Part shown: one piece after another, positions 19,923-30,323 of the stretch
How positions within the stretch are numbered: position 1 is the first letter of the stretch
Layout of the letters: every line of letters starts with the position of its first letter
NCBI GenBank assembly: GCA_965223795.1
Contig: CBDCXL010000002.1
Span: 1,248,001-1,312,000 of the forward strand
Length of the DNA stretch: 64,000 bases
Source of the DNA: Nitrospinales bacterium
GTDB taxonomy: Bacteria; Nitrospinota; Nitrospinia; Nitrospinales; VA-1
Reading direction: 5' to 3'
Made by a program: the position numbers and the translations under genes
Notes under the pieces: generated by a model
What the model saw: the letters and a program-made list of their open reading frames with translations, nothing else
The model's database searches: none
What the model was told of the DNA's origin: nothing

Positions 19923-22613
19923 ATGAACGATTCGGTCACATCCTACAAATTCGGCATCAAGTTCGAGCCGGTGCGCCTGATCCCTGAGGATCCCCGGCAG
20001 CGCCTGCCCTATTTCAAGACGTTCAAGTCGCTCATCGCGCAGGAGAAGCTGAGGATCCAGGCCTGGCACCAGAGCGGCGTGGGCGGCCGCGAGGTCATCC
20101 AGGCGCACACGTCGCTGATCGACGAGGTCATCCGGCACCTGATCGCGGCGCTGGCGGCCCTGCCGCGCTACCGGGGAGCGGCGGTTCTGGACTCCTTCGC
20201 GCTGGTGGCGGTGGGCGGCTACGGACGCGGGGAGCTGAACCCGTATTCCGACATCGACCTTTTGTTCCTCACGTCCCCGAAGATCAAAAAATCCACGGAC
20301 GAATTCATTCAGGACCTCATCTCCATCTTCTGGGGCATCGGCATGGAGATCGGGCACAGCTGCCGCACCGTCAAGGAGTGCATCAAGCTGGCGCACGAGG
20401 ACGTCACGATCAAGACGTCTCTCATCGAGACGCGGTTTCTGACCGGCAAGCGGGAGAAATACGACCGGTTCTGCGATTCGTACGCGCGCAATGTGCTGAA
20501 AAAAAACATCCGTTCGTTCCTCGACTTCAAACAGGAGGAAAAGGTCCGGCGCTACGGCGAGACCGAGGAGATGGTGTGCGTTCAGGAGCCGAACGTGAAG
20601 GACGGTCCGGGCGGCCTTAGGGATTACCACACGGCGATGTGGGCCGCCGCGGTGCGCTTCGGCTCGCTGTCGCTGCGCGAGATCGGCGAGAACGAGATGA
20701 TCTCCGGCGGCGAGGTGGACGCGCTTTACGAATCGGTGAACTTTCTTTTGCGGGTGCGCAACGAGCTGCATTACCAGGCGAAGAAAAAGCACGACGTGCT
20801 GACGCTGGACCTGCAGAAGCGGGTCGCCGCCAGCCTGGGATACCCTTCAGAGAACGAGACGGTGTGCGTGGAAAGCTTCATGCGGGATTATTTTCTGCAC
20901 GCGACCAATATCCATAAGTTTTCCAAGACGATCTTTGATCTATGCCGGCATTCGAAGCGCGGCCTGAAAACGGTGCTCTCCGCCTTCACGCAGAAACAGC
21001 TGGCGGACGGGTTCGTGGCCAAGGACGGGGCCCTGATTCTGGGACAGGACGCGGAGCGGTTTTTTTCCGCGGACCGCACGCAGCTGCTCAAGCTGTTCGA
21101 CCTTTGCCGCGAACACGGGGTGGAACCGAATTACCAGCTCAAGCGGCAGATCCGGCTCAACAAGCACCTGCTGGACGCGCAATTTCTGCGCGATCCCTGG
21201 GTGAAAACGTTCCTGTTCTCCATCCTCGAGAACCCGCAGTCGGTGAAAAGCCTGAGACTCATGCACGACACGGAGGTGCTGGGGCAGATCCTGCCGGAAT
21301 TCGGACGGGTGCACTGCCGGGTCAGCTACGATTTCTACCACCGCTTCACCGCCGATGAGCATTCGCTGCGCATGGTGTTTTTCCTGGAAGAGCTGGTGCA
21401 GGATACGGGCGAGCTGGGGCAGCTGTACACGGAGCTGCCCGCGCAGGGGCTGTTGAAGCTCGCGGCGCTGCTGCAGTCGGTGGGCCGGCAGGAGGGCGCG
21501 CAGGCGTCGTCCGACCGCACCGCGCTCAAAACGGTTGCCGAACGGTTGAAGCTGGAAAGCGGGGAGCTGGAAACGCTTGAGTTCCTGGTGCAGCAGCAAA
21601 GCGCGATGGTGGAGGCGGCGCTCTATCAGGACATCCGCCAGCCTGCCACGGTGCGTGACTTTGCCGGCAGGACGGGGACGCGGGAGCGGCTCGACCTGCT
21701 CTATCTCATCACCTACGCGGACCTGCGCGCGGTCGCTCCGGGAACCTGGACCTCCTGGAAGAAAGTGCTGCTTTCGGAGTTGTATCACCGCACCGCCGAT
21801 TATCTGGAACGGCCGGAATCGCTCAAGGAAATCCCGCAGGCGACGCGGGAGGAGGTGTACAAGGCGCTCAACTGGGAATTCACCGCCGCCGAGATCGAAA
21901 CGCATCTGAACCAGCTGCCCAAGGATTACCTGATCGCCTCGCAGCCGCAGGAGGTGGCGCTGCACCTGAGGCTCATCCGCTCGCTCCGAAACCGCACGTT
22001 CATTCTGCACCATCAGTTCAATGAAGGCGGCGATTACCACAACCTGACTTTGTGCTGCATGGCGAAGCTCGAGGCGTTCAAGAAACTGGTGGGCACGGTG
22101 ACCTCGAAGAACCTCAACATCCTGGGTGCGCAGATTTATCTGAAAAAGGACGGCATCGTCATCCTGTCCATCCAGGTGGCGACGCCGAAAAACTCGCTGC
22201 CGCACGACATCAAGATCTGGAAGGAGGTCAAGGAAACGCTGGAGGAGGTGCTCAAGGAGCGCATCACGCTGCCGGCGCTGTTGGCTTCCCGCACGCGCTA
22301 TGTCAAGCCGCGCCCGGCGTCGCATGCGATCGTGCCGAAGATCCGCATCGAGAACGCGGCCAGCCAGCCGTACACGCTGCTGCGCATCGAGGCGCGCGAT
22401 CACCTGGGCATGCTCTACAAGATCGCCAAGGTGATCGCGGATTTCGGCATTCAGATCCACCGCGCCAAAATCGCCACTCAGGGGGACCGGGGCATCGACG
22501 TGTTCTTCATCTCGCTGAAAAACAAAAAACTGGTGTTTCCCAAGCTGATCCGCAGGATCAAGGAACGGCTGGTGCACGTCCTGCTGATGGAGAAGGTGGA
22601 AGAGATCGACTGA
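19923..22613 (+). CDS. glnD: PII uridylyltransferase GlnD with degenerate HD domain
   Basis: GGYGRGELNPYSDIDL NT motif, EPNVKDGPGGLRD, C-terminal ACT domains; start chosen at ATG 19923. Confidence 0.9.
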   Translation: MNDSVTSYKFGIKFEPVRLIPEDPRQRLPYFKTFKSLIAQEKLRIQAWHQSGVGGREVIQAHTSLIDEVIRHLIAALAALPRYRGAAVLDSFALVAVGGYGRGELNPYSDIDLLFLTSPKIKKSTDEFIQDLISIFWGIGMEIGHSCRTVKECIKLAHEDVTIKTSLIETRFLTGKREKYDRFCDSYARNVLKKNIRSFLDFKQEEKVRRYGETEEMVCVQEPNVKDGPGGLRDYHTAMWAAAVRFGSLSLREIGENEMISGGEVDALYESVNFLLRVRNELHYQAKKKHDVLTLDLQKRVAASLGYPSENETVCVESFMRDYFLHATNIHKFSKTIFDLCRHSKRGLKTVLSAFTQKQLADGFVAKDGALILGQDAERFFSADRTQLLKLFDLCREHGVEPNYQLKRQIRLNKHLLDAQFLRDPWVKTFLFSILENPQSVKSLRLMHDTEVLGQILPEFGRVHCRVSYDFYHRFTADEHSLRMVFFLEELVQDTGELGQLYTELPAQGLLKLAALLQSVGRQEGAQASSDRTALKTVAERLKLESGELETLEFLVQQQSAMVEAALYQDIRQPATVRDFAGRTGTRERLDLLYLITYADLRAVAPGTWTSWKKVLLSELYHRTADYLERPESLKEIPQATREEVYKALNWEFTAAEIETHLNQLPKDYLIASQPQEVALHLRLIRSLRNRTFILHHQFNEGGDYHNLTLCCMAKLEAFKKLVGTVTSKNLNILGAQIYLKKDGIVILSIQVATPKNSLPHDIKIWKEVKETLEEVLKERITLPALLASRTRYVKPRPASHAIVPKIRIENAASQPYTLLRIEARDHLGMLYKIAKVIADFGIQIHRAKIATQGDRGIDVFFISLKNKKLVFPKLIRRIKERLVHVLLMEKVEEID

Positions 22614-22668
22614 CCGTTTGCGGCGCGGATGTGCACCGGCGCCGTGTCCGCAACCAACTTGAAGGGGT

Positions 22669-23034
22669 TTGAATCGTATGCTGCCTTTTCTTCTGGCGGG
22701 TTGGCTCGTGCTGCCGCACGGCTGGCTCGCGGCCAACCACAACGCCACGCCGCAATCGGCGCTGGGCGAGCAGACCTACCGCGACCGCTGCCTGGTGTGT
22801 CACGGCGCTCAGGGGAGCGGCAATGCGTTTGTCGCCACGGTGCTCGATCCGCCGCCGAAAAACTTCACCTCCGCCGAGTCCAAACGGGAACTGACGCGCG
22901 AACGGATGATCCGCTCGGCCACGGAAGGGCGGCCGGGCACGGCGATGATGCCCTGGAAGGACGTGCTCTCGCCGGAAGAGATCGACGCGGTGGTCGGCTA
23001 CATCCGCACGCGGCTCATGGGTCTCTCCTCCTGA
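22669..23034 (+). CDS. Monoheme c-type cytochrome
   Basis: Signal peptide, CLVCH heme motif, GRPGTAMMPW axial Met. Confidence 0.9.
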   Translation: MNRMLPFLLAGWLVLPHGWLAANHNATPQSALGEQTYRDRCLVCHGAQGSGNAFVATVLDPPPKNFTSAESKRELTRERMIRSATEGRPGTAMMPWKDVLSPEEIDAVVGYIRTRLMGLSS

Positions 23035-23037
23035 CCG

Positions 23038-23216
23038 CTGCGCGCGGGGCGGAATTGCTCACGCCGTGCCATGCTTCCTGGTTGGGCGCGCACTCTTAAG
23101 CACAGTCCATCCCTGCGCGCGGGGCGGAATTGCTCACGCCGTGCCATGCTTCCTGGTCGGGCGCGCACTCTTAAGCACAGTCCATTCCTGCGTGCGGGAC
23201 GTGTTTGCTCACGCCG
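23038..23216. repeat. Tandem repeat, 75-bp unit, about 2.4 copies
   Basis: Units start at 23038, 23113 and 23188 (CTGCGCGCGGGGCGGAATTGCTCACGCCG...); the first two are nearly identical. Confidence 0.9.
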
Positions 23217-23316
23217 CTCCTCCGCGGAGGGCGTGCGTGCTCACGACGGGCAACACCGCCCGGTTCAACGCGAATTTCTCGGCCTTCCCCTGTCCTCCGC
23301 AGTGAGCCACGCGTTT

Positions 23317-23625
23317 TTATTTTTTCATGGTTTTTCCAAGCTTGTTTTCGATGGAAGCCATTTTGGATTCCAATCTCCCGCTCTTGCCTTTGCGATAGTC
23401 GATTTTGATCGAACAGGTGATGCGGCCGCAGTCGGCCTGCATGGTGTCGAAGCAGGTCTTGACCACCTGCATGACCTCGTCCCACTCTCCTTCGAGGACG
23501 GTGCCCATCGGGTTCAGGCGGTAGTCGACGCCGCTTTCGTCGATGATTTTCAGGGAGCGGCTGACGTAGTCGCTGACGCTTTCCCCCTTGTCCAGGGGGG
23601 TCATGCTGAATTCCAGAAGTACCAT
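23317..23625 (-). CDS. MTH1187/thiamine-binding protein family
   Basis: ESVSDYV...SGVDYRLNPMGTVLEGEWDEV...KIDYR. Confidence 0.85.
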   Translation of the reverse strand: MVLLEFSMTPLDKGESVSDYVSRSLKIIDESGVDYRLNPMGTVLEGEWDEVMQVVKTCFDTMQADCGRITCSIKIDYRKGKSGRLESKMASIENKLGKTMKK

Positions 23626-23748
23626 GTTTTGAATTCCTTATAAAAAAATTTGCTTGCATTTTAGTGGCCAATTGTGAAATGATCAACACTTCCCATTCGA
23701 GATCCTAGCAGGATTTTCGAACATCCCAAGAGAAGGCGGTATGATGCT

Positions 23749-24831
23749 TTGCCCAAAATTTCCGATTTACGCGACAAGATAGACAAGATCGACGATCAGC
23801 TGCTCAAGCTGATCAACCGGCGGGCCGCTCTGGCGATCCAGATCGGCAAGGAAAAACACAAGAAAAACAGCTCCAATCATTTCCACGTTCCTCACCGGGA
23901 GCGGGAAATCATCGAACGGCTGAAAACCAGCAACCCCGGACCCTTTCCCAACGATTCGGTCGAATCGGTGTTCCGGGAAGTGTTTTCCGCCACCCTCGCG
24001 CTCGAAAAACCCCTGAATATCGGCTTTCTCGGCCCCACGACCACGTTCAGCCACCAGGCGGCGCTCAAGCAGTTCGGCCATTCCACGATCCTCACGCCTC
24101 TCGGCAGCATCGAGGCCATTTTCAAGGAAGTGGAACGGGGCAACTGCCATTACGGCATCGTGCCGGTGGAAAATTCCACTGAGGGCGTCATCAACCTCAC
24201 TCTCGATTGCTTCGTCGATTCGAAGCTTCTGGTGTGCGACGAGCTGAAGCTGCCGATCGCGCTGTACCTGCTTTCCACCGTCGAAAACCTCAAAGAGATC
24301 AAGACCATCTACTCCCACCCGCAGCCGCTGGCGCAGTGTAGGGGCTGGATCAACCAGAACCTGTCCTGGGCGGACACGGTTCCCGCCTCCAGCACCGCCA
24401 ATGCCGCGGAACGCGCTAAGCAGGACACTCAGTCGGCGGCGGTCGCGGGCCCGCTCGCGGCGGAAGTGTACGGTCTCCACGTTCTGTCGGAAAACATCCA
24501 GGACCGGCGCGACAATTTCACGCGTTTCTGGGTGATCGGCAAGGAAGAGGCGAAAAAAGCCCGCAAGAATAAAACTTCGATCATGTTCTCCATCAAGGAC
24601 GAGGCGGGTTCGCTGCTCAAGGCGCTGCGGCTGTTCGCCCGGCACGAAATCAACCTGACCAAGATTCAGTCACGGCCGCTGCGCAACCGGGCCTGGGAAT
24701 ACCTGTTCTTTGTCGATTTCGACGGCCACGTCGAAGAGGAAAAGGTGCAGAAGGTGCTCACGAATCTGGGCAGGCAGTGTTTATTCTTGAGAGTCATGGG
24801 CTCTTATCCGAAAGCGGGGACCCGCACATGA
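23749..24831 (+). CDS. pheA: Chorismate mutase / prephenate dehydratase
   Basis: LRDKIDKID CM domain, PVENSTEG, SHPQ, NFTRF, ACT NLTKIQSRP. Confidence 0.95.
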   Translation: MPKISDLRDKIDKIDDQLLKLINRRAALAIQIGKEKHKKNSSNHFHVPHREREIIERLKTSNPGPFPNDSVESVFREVFSATLALEKPLNIGFLGPTTTFSHQAALKQFGHSTILTPLGSIEAIFKEVERGNCHYGIVPVENSTEGVINLTLDCFVDSKLLVCDELKLPIALYLLSTVENLKEIKTIYSHPQPLAQCRGWINQNLSWADTVPASSTANAAERAKQDTQSAAVAGPLAAEVYGLHVLSENIQDRRDNFTRFWVIGKEEAKKARKNKTSIMFSIKDEAGSLLKALRLFARHEINLTKIQSRPLRNRAWEYLFFVDFDGHVEEEKVQKVLTNLGRQCLFLRVMGSYPKAGTRT

Positions 24832-25691
24832 AACTTTTCAATCAATTGACCATCGTGGGCGTGGGTCTTCTCGGCGCGTCGCTGGCTCAGGCTTTGAAGC
24901 AAAAAGGCCTGGCCGGAAACATCGTCGGCTGCGGCCGCAACCTCGACAACCTCAAGCAGGCGCAGTCGCTCAAGATGATCGACGCGTACGCGCAGGACCC
25001 GGCCGAGGCGGTGAAAGGTTCGGACGGCGTCGTGCTGTGTTCTCCGGTGGGCGCGATGCAGCCTCTGGTGGAGACGATGCGGCCGCACCTGGAAGCCGGC
25101 TGCCTGGTGACCGATGTGGGTTCGGTGAAACGCTCGGTGGTGCAGGAGATCGAACCGATGATGCCGGATGCGGTCGATTTCATCGGTTCGCATCCGATCG
25201 CGGGCGGCGAAAAATCGGGGCTCAAGGCAGCGAAAGCGCGGCTGTATGAAGGCGCGCATTGCATCGTCACGCCGACGCCGCGGTCCAGGCCGGAAGCGCT
25301 GACGAAAACCCGGACTCTCTGGGAACAGTTGGGGATGCGGGTGGTGACGATGGATGTGGAGGAACACGATTTCATTTTCGGCGCGGTCAGCCACCTGCCC
25401 CACATCGTCGCGTTTGTGCTGATGAACACCATCGGCGGCCTCTCGACGGACAACCACAGTGAGATCACTTCCTTTTCCGGCAAGGGACTGAAAGACATCA
25501 CGCGCATCGCGGGCAGCGACCCGGTGATGTGGCGCGACATCTGCGTCGCCAACAAACTGCCGGTGCTCAACCTGATCGACGATTTTCAGGAAGCGCTGCT
25601 CAAGGTGCGGCACTGGATCGATCAGGAGGACGGGGTCGCTTTGCAGGAATCGTTCGCGAGCGCCAACCGTTACCGCCTGAATTTGACATGA
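24828..25691 (+). CDS. tyrA: Prephenate/arogenate dehydrogenase
   Basis: GVGLLG, TDVGSVK, HPIAG.E, HD.....SHLPH; ATGA overlap with the pheA stop. Confidence 0.92.
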   Translation: MKLFNQLTIVGVGLLGASLAQALKQKGLAGNIVGCGRNLDNLKQAQSLKMIDAYAQDPAEAVKGSDGVVLCSPVGAMQPLVETMRPHLEAGCLVTDVGSVKRSVVQEIEPMMPDAVDFIGSHPIAGGEKSGLKAAKARLYEGAHCIVTPTPRSRPEALTKTRTLWEQLGMRVVTMDVEEHDFIFGAVSHLPHIVAFVLMNTIGGLSTDNHSEITSFSGKGLKDITRIAGSDPVMWRDICVANKLPVLNLIDDFQEALLKVRHWIDQEDGVALQESFASANRYRLNLT

Positions 25692-25764
25692 TGGATTCGG
25701 GGGCGGCGCGGAACTTTATGTGTGCGGAAACACGGAAACCGTCCGGGTCCGGCATGAAGGTTTG

Positions 25765-26421
25765 ATGATTATCGCGATCGACGGTCCCGCGGGAAGCGGG
25801 AAGAGTTCCGTGGCCAAGCTGCTTGCGAGAAAGCTCAACTTCCGCCACATCGACACGGGGTCGATGTACCGGGCGGTGGCGTGGAAATCGCTGGCGGCTG
25901 GGGTCGATCTTGCCGACGAAGCGGCGGTGGTTCAGATCGCCCGGAACATGGACATCGAGCTGGTTCCGCATGTGGACGGCCAGCGCGTGCAGGTGGACGG
26001 CGAAGACGTGACGGCGCACCTGTACAACGAGGATGTGGGACGCGGGGCGGCGGCGGTGGCCAGCCTTAAGCGGGTGCGGGAAATGCTGGTGGCCAAGCAG
26101 CGGGACATCGGCCGGCACGGTTCGGTGGTGATGGACGGGCGGGACATCGGCACGGTGGTCTTTCCCGATGCGCAGAAAAAGTTCTTTCTGGAAGCCTCTC
26201 CCGAGGAACGGGGGCGGCGGCGCTACCAAGAGTTGAAAGAGCAGGGGAAACACGTCGATCTGGAATCGATCGTCGAGCAGGTGCGGCAGCGGGATCACGA
26301 AGACCGCAACCGCAAGGTCTCTCCGCTGGTGCGTGCTCAGGATGCGTTCGAGCTGGACACCACGAAGATGCAGCTCGATGAGGTGGTCGACGCGCTGCTG
26401 GAAAGGATCGCAAAAACATGA
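25765..26421 (+). CDS. cmk: Cytidylate kinase
   Basis: IAIDGPAGSGKS, DTGSMYR, DGRDIGTVVFPDA. Confidence 0.95.
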   Translation: MIIAIDGPAGSGKSSVAKLLARKLNFRHIDTGSMYRAVAWKSLAAGVDLADEAAVVQIARNMDIELVPHVDGQRVQVDGEDVTAHLYNEDVGRGAAAVASLKRVREMLVAKQRDIGRHGSVVMDGRDIGTVVFPDAQKKFFLEASPEERGRRRYQELKEQGKHVDLESIVEQVRQRDHEDRNRKVSPLVRAQDAFELDTTKMQLDEVVDALLERIAKT

Positions 26422-26538
26422 AGGCTAAAGGCGCCGCGCGGGTTTTACCGGCACGGCGGCCGGGACCGGCCAGGAACACAATAAAATCCAACGGGGCGCT
26501 GCCCCATTTTATCAACAGAAAGTGAGACGACTGGAATC

Positions 26539-28248
26539 ATGAAAAAGCAAGCGGACGTAATTGCCCAGATGGAATTGGACGACCTTGAGGAAAAGGAGGA
26601 ATTGTCTCCTGAAGATCAGGCGGCCATGGAGGAGATGGAAGCCTATTTCAAGGAGAGTCTGGGCCAGTTCAAGGAAGGGCAGATCATCAACGGCAAGGTG
26701 ATCAGCATGTCCAAGGACACGGTGATCATCGATGTGGGCTTCAAGTCCGAAGGCATCATCTCGCTGTCGGAGTTTCCCGATCACGGCAAGAACCTGTCCA
26801 TGGGCGACGAGATCGAGGTGTACCTGGAGCGCGTCGAGGACAACGACGGCAACGTGGTTCTCTCGAAGGAAAAGGCGAACAAGATCAAGATCTGGGACGA
26901 GCTGGTCAAGACCTACGAGGCGGACGAGACCATCGAAGGCGTGGTGGTGGCCAAGGCCAAGGGCGGCCTGACGGTGGACATCGGCCTCAAGGCGTTTCTG
27001 CCCGGTTCGCAGATCGATCTGCGCCCGATGCGCAACCTGGAAAAGCTGATGGGCGAGAAGTTCAAGATGAAGATCATCAAGATGAACAAGAAGCGCGGCA
27101 ACATCGTGCTGTCCCGCCGCATCCTGCTGGAAGAGCAGCGCAAGCAGCTGCGCGAAGGCACGCTCGAGCAGATGAAGGAAGGCAACCTGATCGAGGGCAT
27201 CGTCAAGAACATCACCGAATACGGCGTGTTCATCGACCTGGGCGGCATGGACGGCCTGCTGCACATCACCGACATGTCCTGGGGGCGGGTGAACCATCCC
27301 TCGGAAATGTTCTCCATCGGCGACAAGGTCAAGGTGATGGTGCTCAAGTACGACAAGGAAAAGGAACGCGTTTCCCTCGGGCTCAAACAGATCACGCCCG
27401 ATCCGTGGGTGGAGGTGGATCAGAAATTTCCGGTCGACACGCGCATCAAGGGCAAGGTGGTCAGCATCACCGATTACGGCGTGTTCGTGGAACTGGAAAA
27501 GGGCATCGAAGGGCTGGTGCACATTTCGGAGATGAGCTGGAGCCGGCATGTGAAGCACCCGAGCAAGGTGGTGTCGATCGGCGACGAGGTCGAAGCGGTG
27601 GTCCTGACGCTGGACAAGGACCGCAAGCGCATCTCCCTGGGCATGAAGCAGATCGAACCGAATCCGTGGGAGAGCATCGACGAAAAATACCCGATCGGTT
27701 CGGAAGTGTCGGGCATGGTGCGCAACCTCACGGATTTCGGCGCCTTCGTGGAACTGGAAGACGGGGTGGACGGACTGATCCACATCTCCGACCTGAGCTG
27801 GAAAAAGATCAAGCATCCTTCGGAAATGTTGAAAAAGAAAGACAAGGTCAAATCGGTGGTGCTCAGCATCGACAAGGAAAACTGCCGCATCTCGCTGGGC
27901 GTCAAGCAGCTGGAGCCGGACCCCTGGGACGACATCGCGAAAAATTACCCGGTGGGCACGGAAGTCAGCGGAACCATCATCAAAGTGACGAGTTTCGGCG
28001 CGTTCGCCGAGTTCGGCGACGGGCTGGAAGGGCTGATCCATGTGTCGCAGCTCAGTTCCCAGAAAGTCAGCCATCCGGACCAGGTGGTCAAGGTGGACGA
28101 CGAGATCAAGGCCAAGGTGATCAAGGTGGACACCTCCAGCAAAAAGATCGCGCTCAGCATCAAGGCGTACGAGGAGAACCTCGACATTCCGGCCATCGAG
28201 CAGGAGCAGGCGCAGATCGAAAGCATGAAAGAAGAGGACAACCACTGA
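26539..28248 (+). CDS. rpsA: 30S ribosomal protein S1
   Basis: Six S1 repeats (AFLPGSQ, YGVFIDLGGMDGLLHITD, EGLVHISE...). Confidence 0.97.
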   Translation: MKKQADVIAQMELDDLEEKEELSPEDQAAMEEMEAYFKESLGQFKEGQIINGKVISMSKDTVIIDVGFKSEGIISLSEFPDHGKNLSMGDEIEVYLERVEDNDGNVVLSKEKANKIKIWDELVKTYEADETIEGVVVAKAKGGLTVDIGLKAFLPGSQIDLRPMRNLEKLMGEKFKMKIIKMNKKRGNIVLSRRILLEEQRKQLREGTLEQMKEGNLIEGIVKNITEYGVFIDLGGMDGLLHITDMSWGRVNHPSEMFSIGDKVKVMVLKYDKEKERVSLGLKQITPDPWVEVDQKFPVDTRIKGKVVSITDYGVFVELEKGIEGLVHISEMSWSRHVKHPSKVVSIGDEVEAVVLTLDKDRKRISLGMKQIEPNPWESIDEKYPIGSEVSGMVRNLTDFGAFVELEDGVDGLIHISDLSWKKIKHPSEMLKKKDKVKSVVLSIDKENCRISLGVKQLEPDPWDDIAKNYPVGTEVSGTIIKVTSFGAFAEFGDGLEGLIHVSQLSSQKVSHPDQVVKVDDEIKAKVIKVDTSSKKIALSIKAYEENLDIPAIEQEQAQIESMKEEDNH

Positions 28249-28310
28249 GTGTCTCCCGGCCGCGGCGGAATTTTCCCGCCTGGGCCCGGCTAGCAAACCT
28301 GTTTCACCGG

Positions 28311-28345
28311 ACGGCGGCTCGTAGATGAGCCGCCGTTTCTTTTTG
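28311..28345 (+). terminator. Intrinsic terminator after rpsA
   Basis: ACGGCGGCTC-gtagat-GAGCCGCCGT followed by TTCTTTTT. Confidence 0.8.
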
Positions 28346-28455
28346 CCCGCGTTTTTCGATCCTGGCTGCATCCATCCCGGCGCCACCTCCTCCCTTCACC
28401 GTGCCGCACGGAGCGTCCTTTTTCGAACGGCCTCCACATCGGGATACCTTTTGCT

Positions 28456-28483
28456 TTGTCATTAAAAATTCTGTATATACAAT
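28456..28483 (+). promoter_or_regulatory. Sigma70-type promoter for sppA
   Basis: TTGTCA-16bp-TACAAT. Confidence 0.45.
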
Positions 28484-28516
28484 GCTGATCGGTTTGAATC
28501 TTTCTGGTGCGACCGC

Positions 28517-29428
28517 ATGGAATTTTCAAGTCCCCGCAAACCCAAACGCTCCTTCGGAAAAACCCTGCTCTATCTCATTCTGGGCGCCGGCCTGCTGTTG
28601 GTGGTCACCTCGATCGTCTCGTCGCTGTTCCGCGATGACGGGATGGGCGGCGGCAGCGAGGCGATCGCCCTGGTGGAAGTGCGCGGCATGATCACCGAAT
28701 CCCAGGAGGTGGTCCGCCAGCTCGCCAAGTACCGCGATGCGGATCACATCCGCGGCATCGTGGTCCGGATCGACTCTCCCGGCGGCGGCGTGGCGCCGTC
28801 GCAGGAGATTTACGACGCCGTGCTGCGGGTGAAGGCATCGCAGAAAAAGATCTACGCGTCGATGGGAAGTGTCGCCGCCTCCGGCGGTTATTACATCGCC
28901 AGCGCCGCGGACACGATCTTCGCCAATCCGGGAACGCTGACCGGAAGCATCGGCGTGATCATGGCGTTCTCCAATGTGGAAGAATTGATCGAGAAGGTGG
29001 GCATCCGCCCGGAAGTGATCAAGAGCGGCAAGTTCAAGGACGCCGGTTCGCCGGTGAAACCGCTTTCCAAGGAAGACCGGGAACTTCTGCAGCGGCTGGT
29101 GGACGACGTGCAGGAACAGTTCATCGAAGCGGTCTCCGAAGGCAGGCAGATGCCGCCGGAAGATGTGCAAAAGGTGGCGGACGGAAGGGTGTTCACGGGC
29201 CGCCAGGCTCTGGAAATGAATATGGTGGACCGGCTCGGCGGATTGCAGGACAGCATCGAACACCTGGCGGAACAGGTCGGCATCCAGGGAACGCCGAAAG
29301 TGGTTCAGGAAACCGAAAAAGTGCATTTGCTCGACTGGCTCATGCAGGCGGCGTTTTACAGGGAATTGAAAAGTTCTTTCACCGCCGAGCGCATCCCCTC
29401 GCTCCAGTTCCTCTGGACAGTTCCCTGA
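28517..29428 (+). CDS. sppA: Signal peptide peptidase SppA (S49)
   Basis: RIDSPGG, AASGGYYIA, TGSIGV, KSGKFKD, GRVFTG. Confidence 0.93.
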   Translation: MEFSSPRKPKRSFGKTLLYLILGAGLLLVVTSIVSSLFRDDGMGGGSEAIALVEVRGMITESQEVVRQLAKYRDADHIRGIVVRIDSPGGGVAPSQEIYDAVLRVKASQKKIYASMGSVAASGGYYIASAADTIFANPGTLTGSIGVIMAFSNVEELIEKVGIRPEVIKSGKFKDAGSPVKPLSKEDRELLQRLVDDVQEQFIEAVSEGRQMPPEDVQKVADGRVFTGRQALEMNMVDRLGGLQDSIEHLAEQVGIQGTPKVVQETEKVHLLDWLMQAAFYRELKSSFTAERIPSLQFLWTVP

Positions 29429-29620
29429 AAAATAATCTGTTAGCTGCTTGCCCGCGGCGCCGGCCGGGGTCTTTCGCGCTGAAAACTCGCCCCCTATTTC
29501 ATTAAAATTCTTTAAAATTACCCTCCTTAGTCATCACTTTTAGATTGACTTTTGCGATAGATTCGATTTTGTTGACCGGAAATTAAGCAAAAAAAAAATC
29601 CGCAGGTGCTTGTAAAGGGC

Positions 29621-29648
29621 TTGACTTCATTGACTTTAGTGCTATACT
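29621..29648 (+). promoter_or_regulatory. Sigma70-type promoter for ihfB
   Basis: TTGACT-16bp-TATACT with extended -10 TG. Confidence 0.6.
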
Positions 29649-29711
29649 TTCGAGCGAACTTACTCCTACAAACATACCAAGATATTAATTTGCTGGGCGG
29701 GGGGCTGATTA

Positions 29712-29990
29712 ATGACTAAGGCAGAGCTGGTTGAAAAAGTCGCGAACCAAATCAATCTGACCAAGAAACAAACTGAAATCGTCGTCAACACGGTGTTTCA
29801 AAGCATTACCGAATCCCTCAGTCAAGGAAAGAAAGTCGAGCTTCGAGGATTCGGGAGTTTCAGAATCCGCGAAAGAAACGCCCGTATCGGTCGCAACCCG
29901 AAATCAGGAGACAAGGTGGATGTGCCCGCAAAAAAAGTTCCTTTTTTTAAGGCGGGCAAAGAGTTGCGGGAACTTGTTGATCATGAATGA
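29712..29990 (+). CDS. ihfB: Integration host factor beta / HU family
   Basis: MTKAEL, VELRGFGSF, GRNPKSG, FKAGKEL; rpsA-sppA-ihfB context. Confidence 0.88.
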   Translation: MTKAELVEKVANQINLTKKQTEIVVNTVFQSITESLSQGKKVELRGFGSFRIRERNARIGRNPKSGDKVDVPAKKVPFFKAGKELRELVDHE

Positions 29991-30323
29991 CTTTTCAAGT
30001 CTCTTCAGTTGACGGCTCAAAGCCGCGTCTTGTTTTTCAAAAATCCGCATCCCGTTTCTTAGCATTCTTGGAATCGGGAGGGAAAGCAGAACTGCCGTTC
30101 TGCCCCTCTCCCAAGCCTTCTTCCTTCTCTTCCGCAACCATCACCCCCAGCCCAACCTGTTGTGAGCGGAATTCCCAAAGTCGTCTTTCCCCTCTTTCGT
30201 TTGCAAATCTCAGGTTTTATCGAATCGACGCGCGTGCGCCGCTGCGTTTCAGGATCGTTTTTGTGACATCCCGAATCGCGCGCATGCGTGAATGTGCCAT
30301 CCCGATGCAACGGTCTTGAGGCC

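Noticed and set aside
23038..23216. CRISPR array or coding repeat (track ORFs 23066..23305, 23071..23643)
   Set aside because: Units are contiguous with no unique spacers; the overlapping ORFs have no protein-like features
25691..25765. Missing aroA between tyrA and cmk as a lesion
   Set aside because: No remnant is visible in the 73-bp gap; aroA is often located elsewhere
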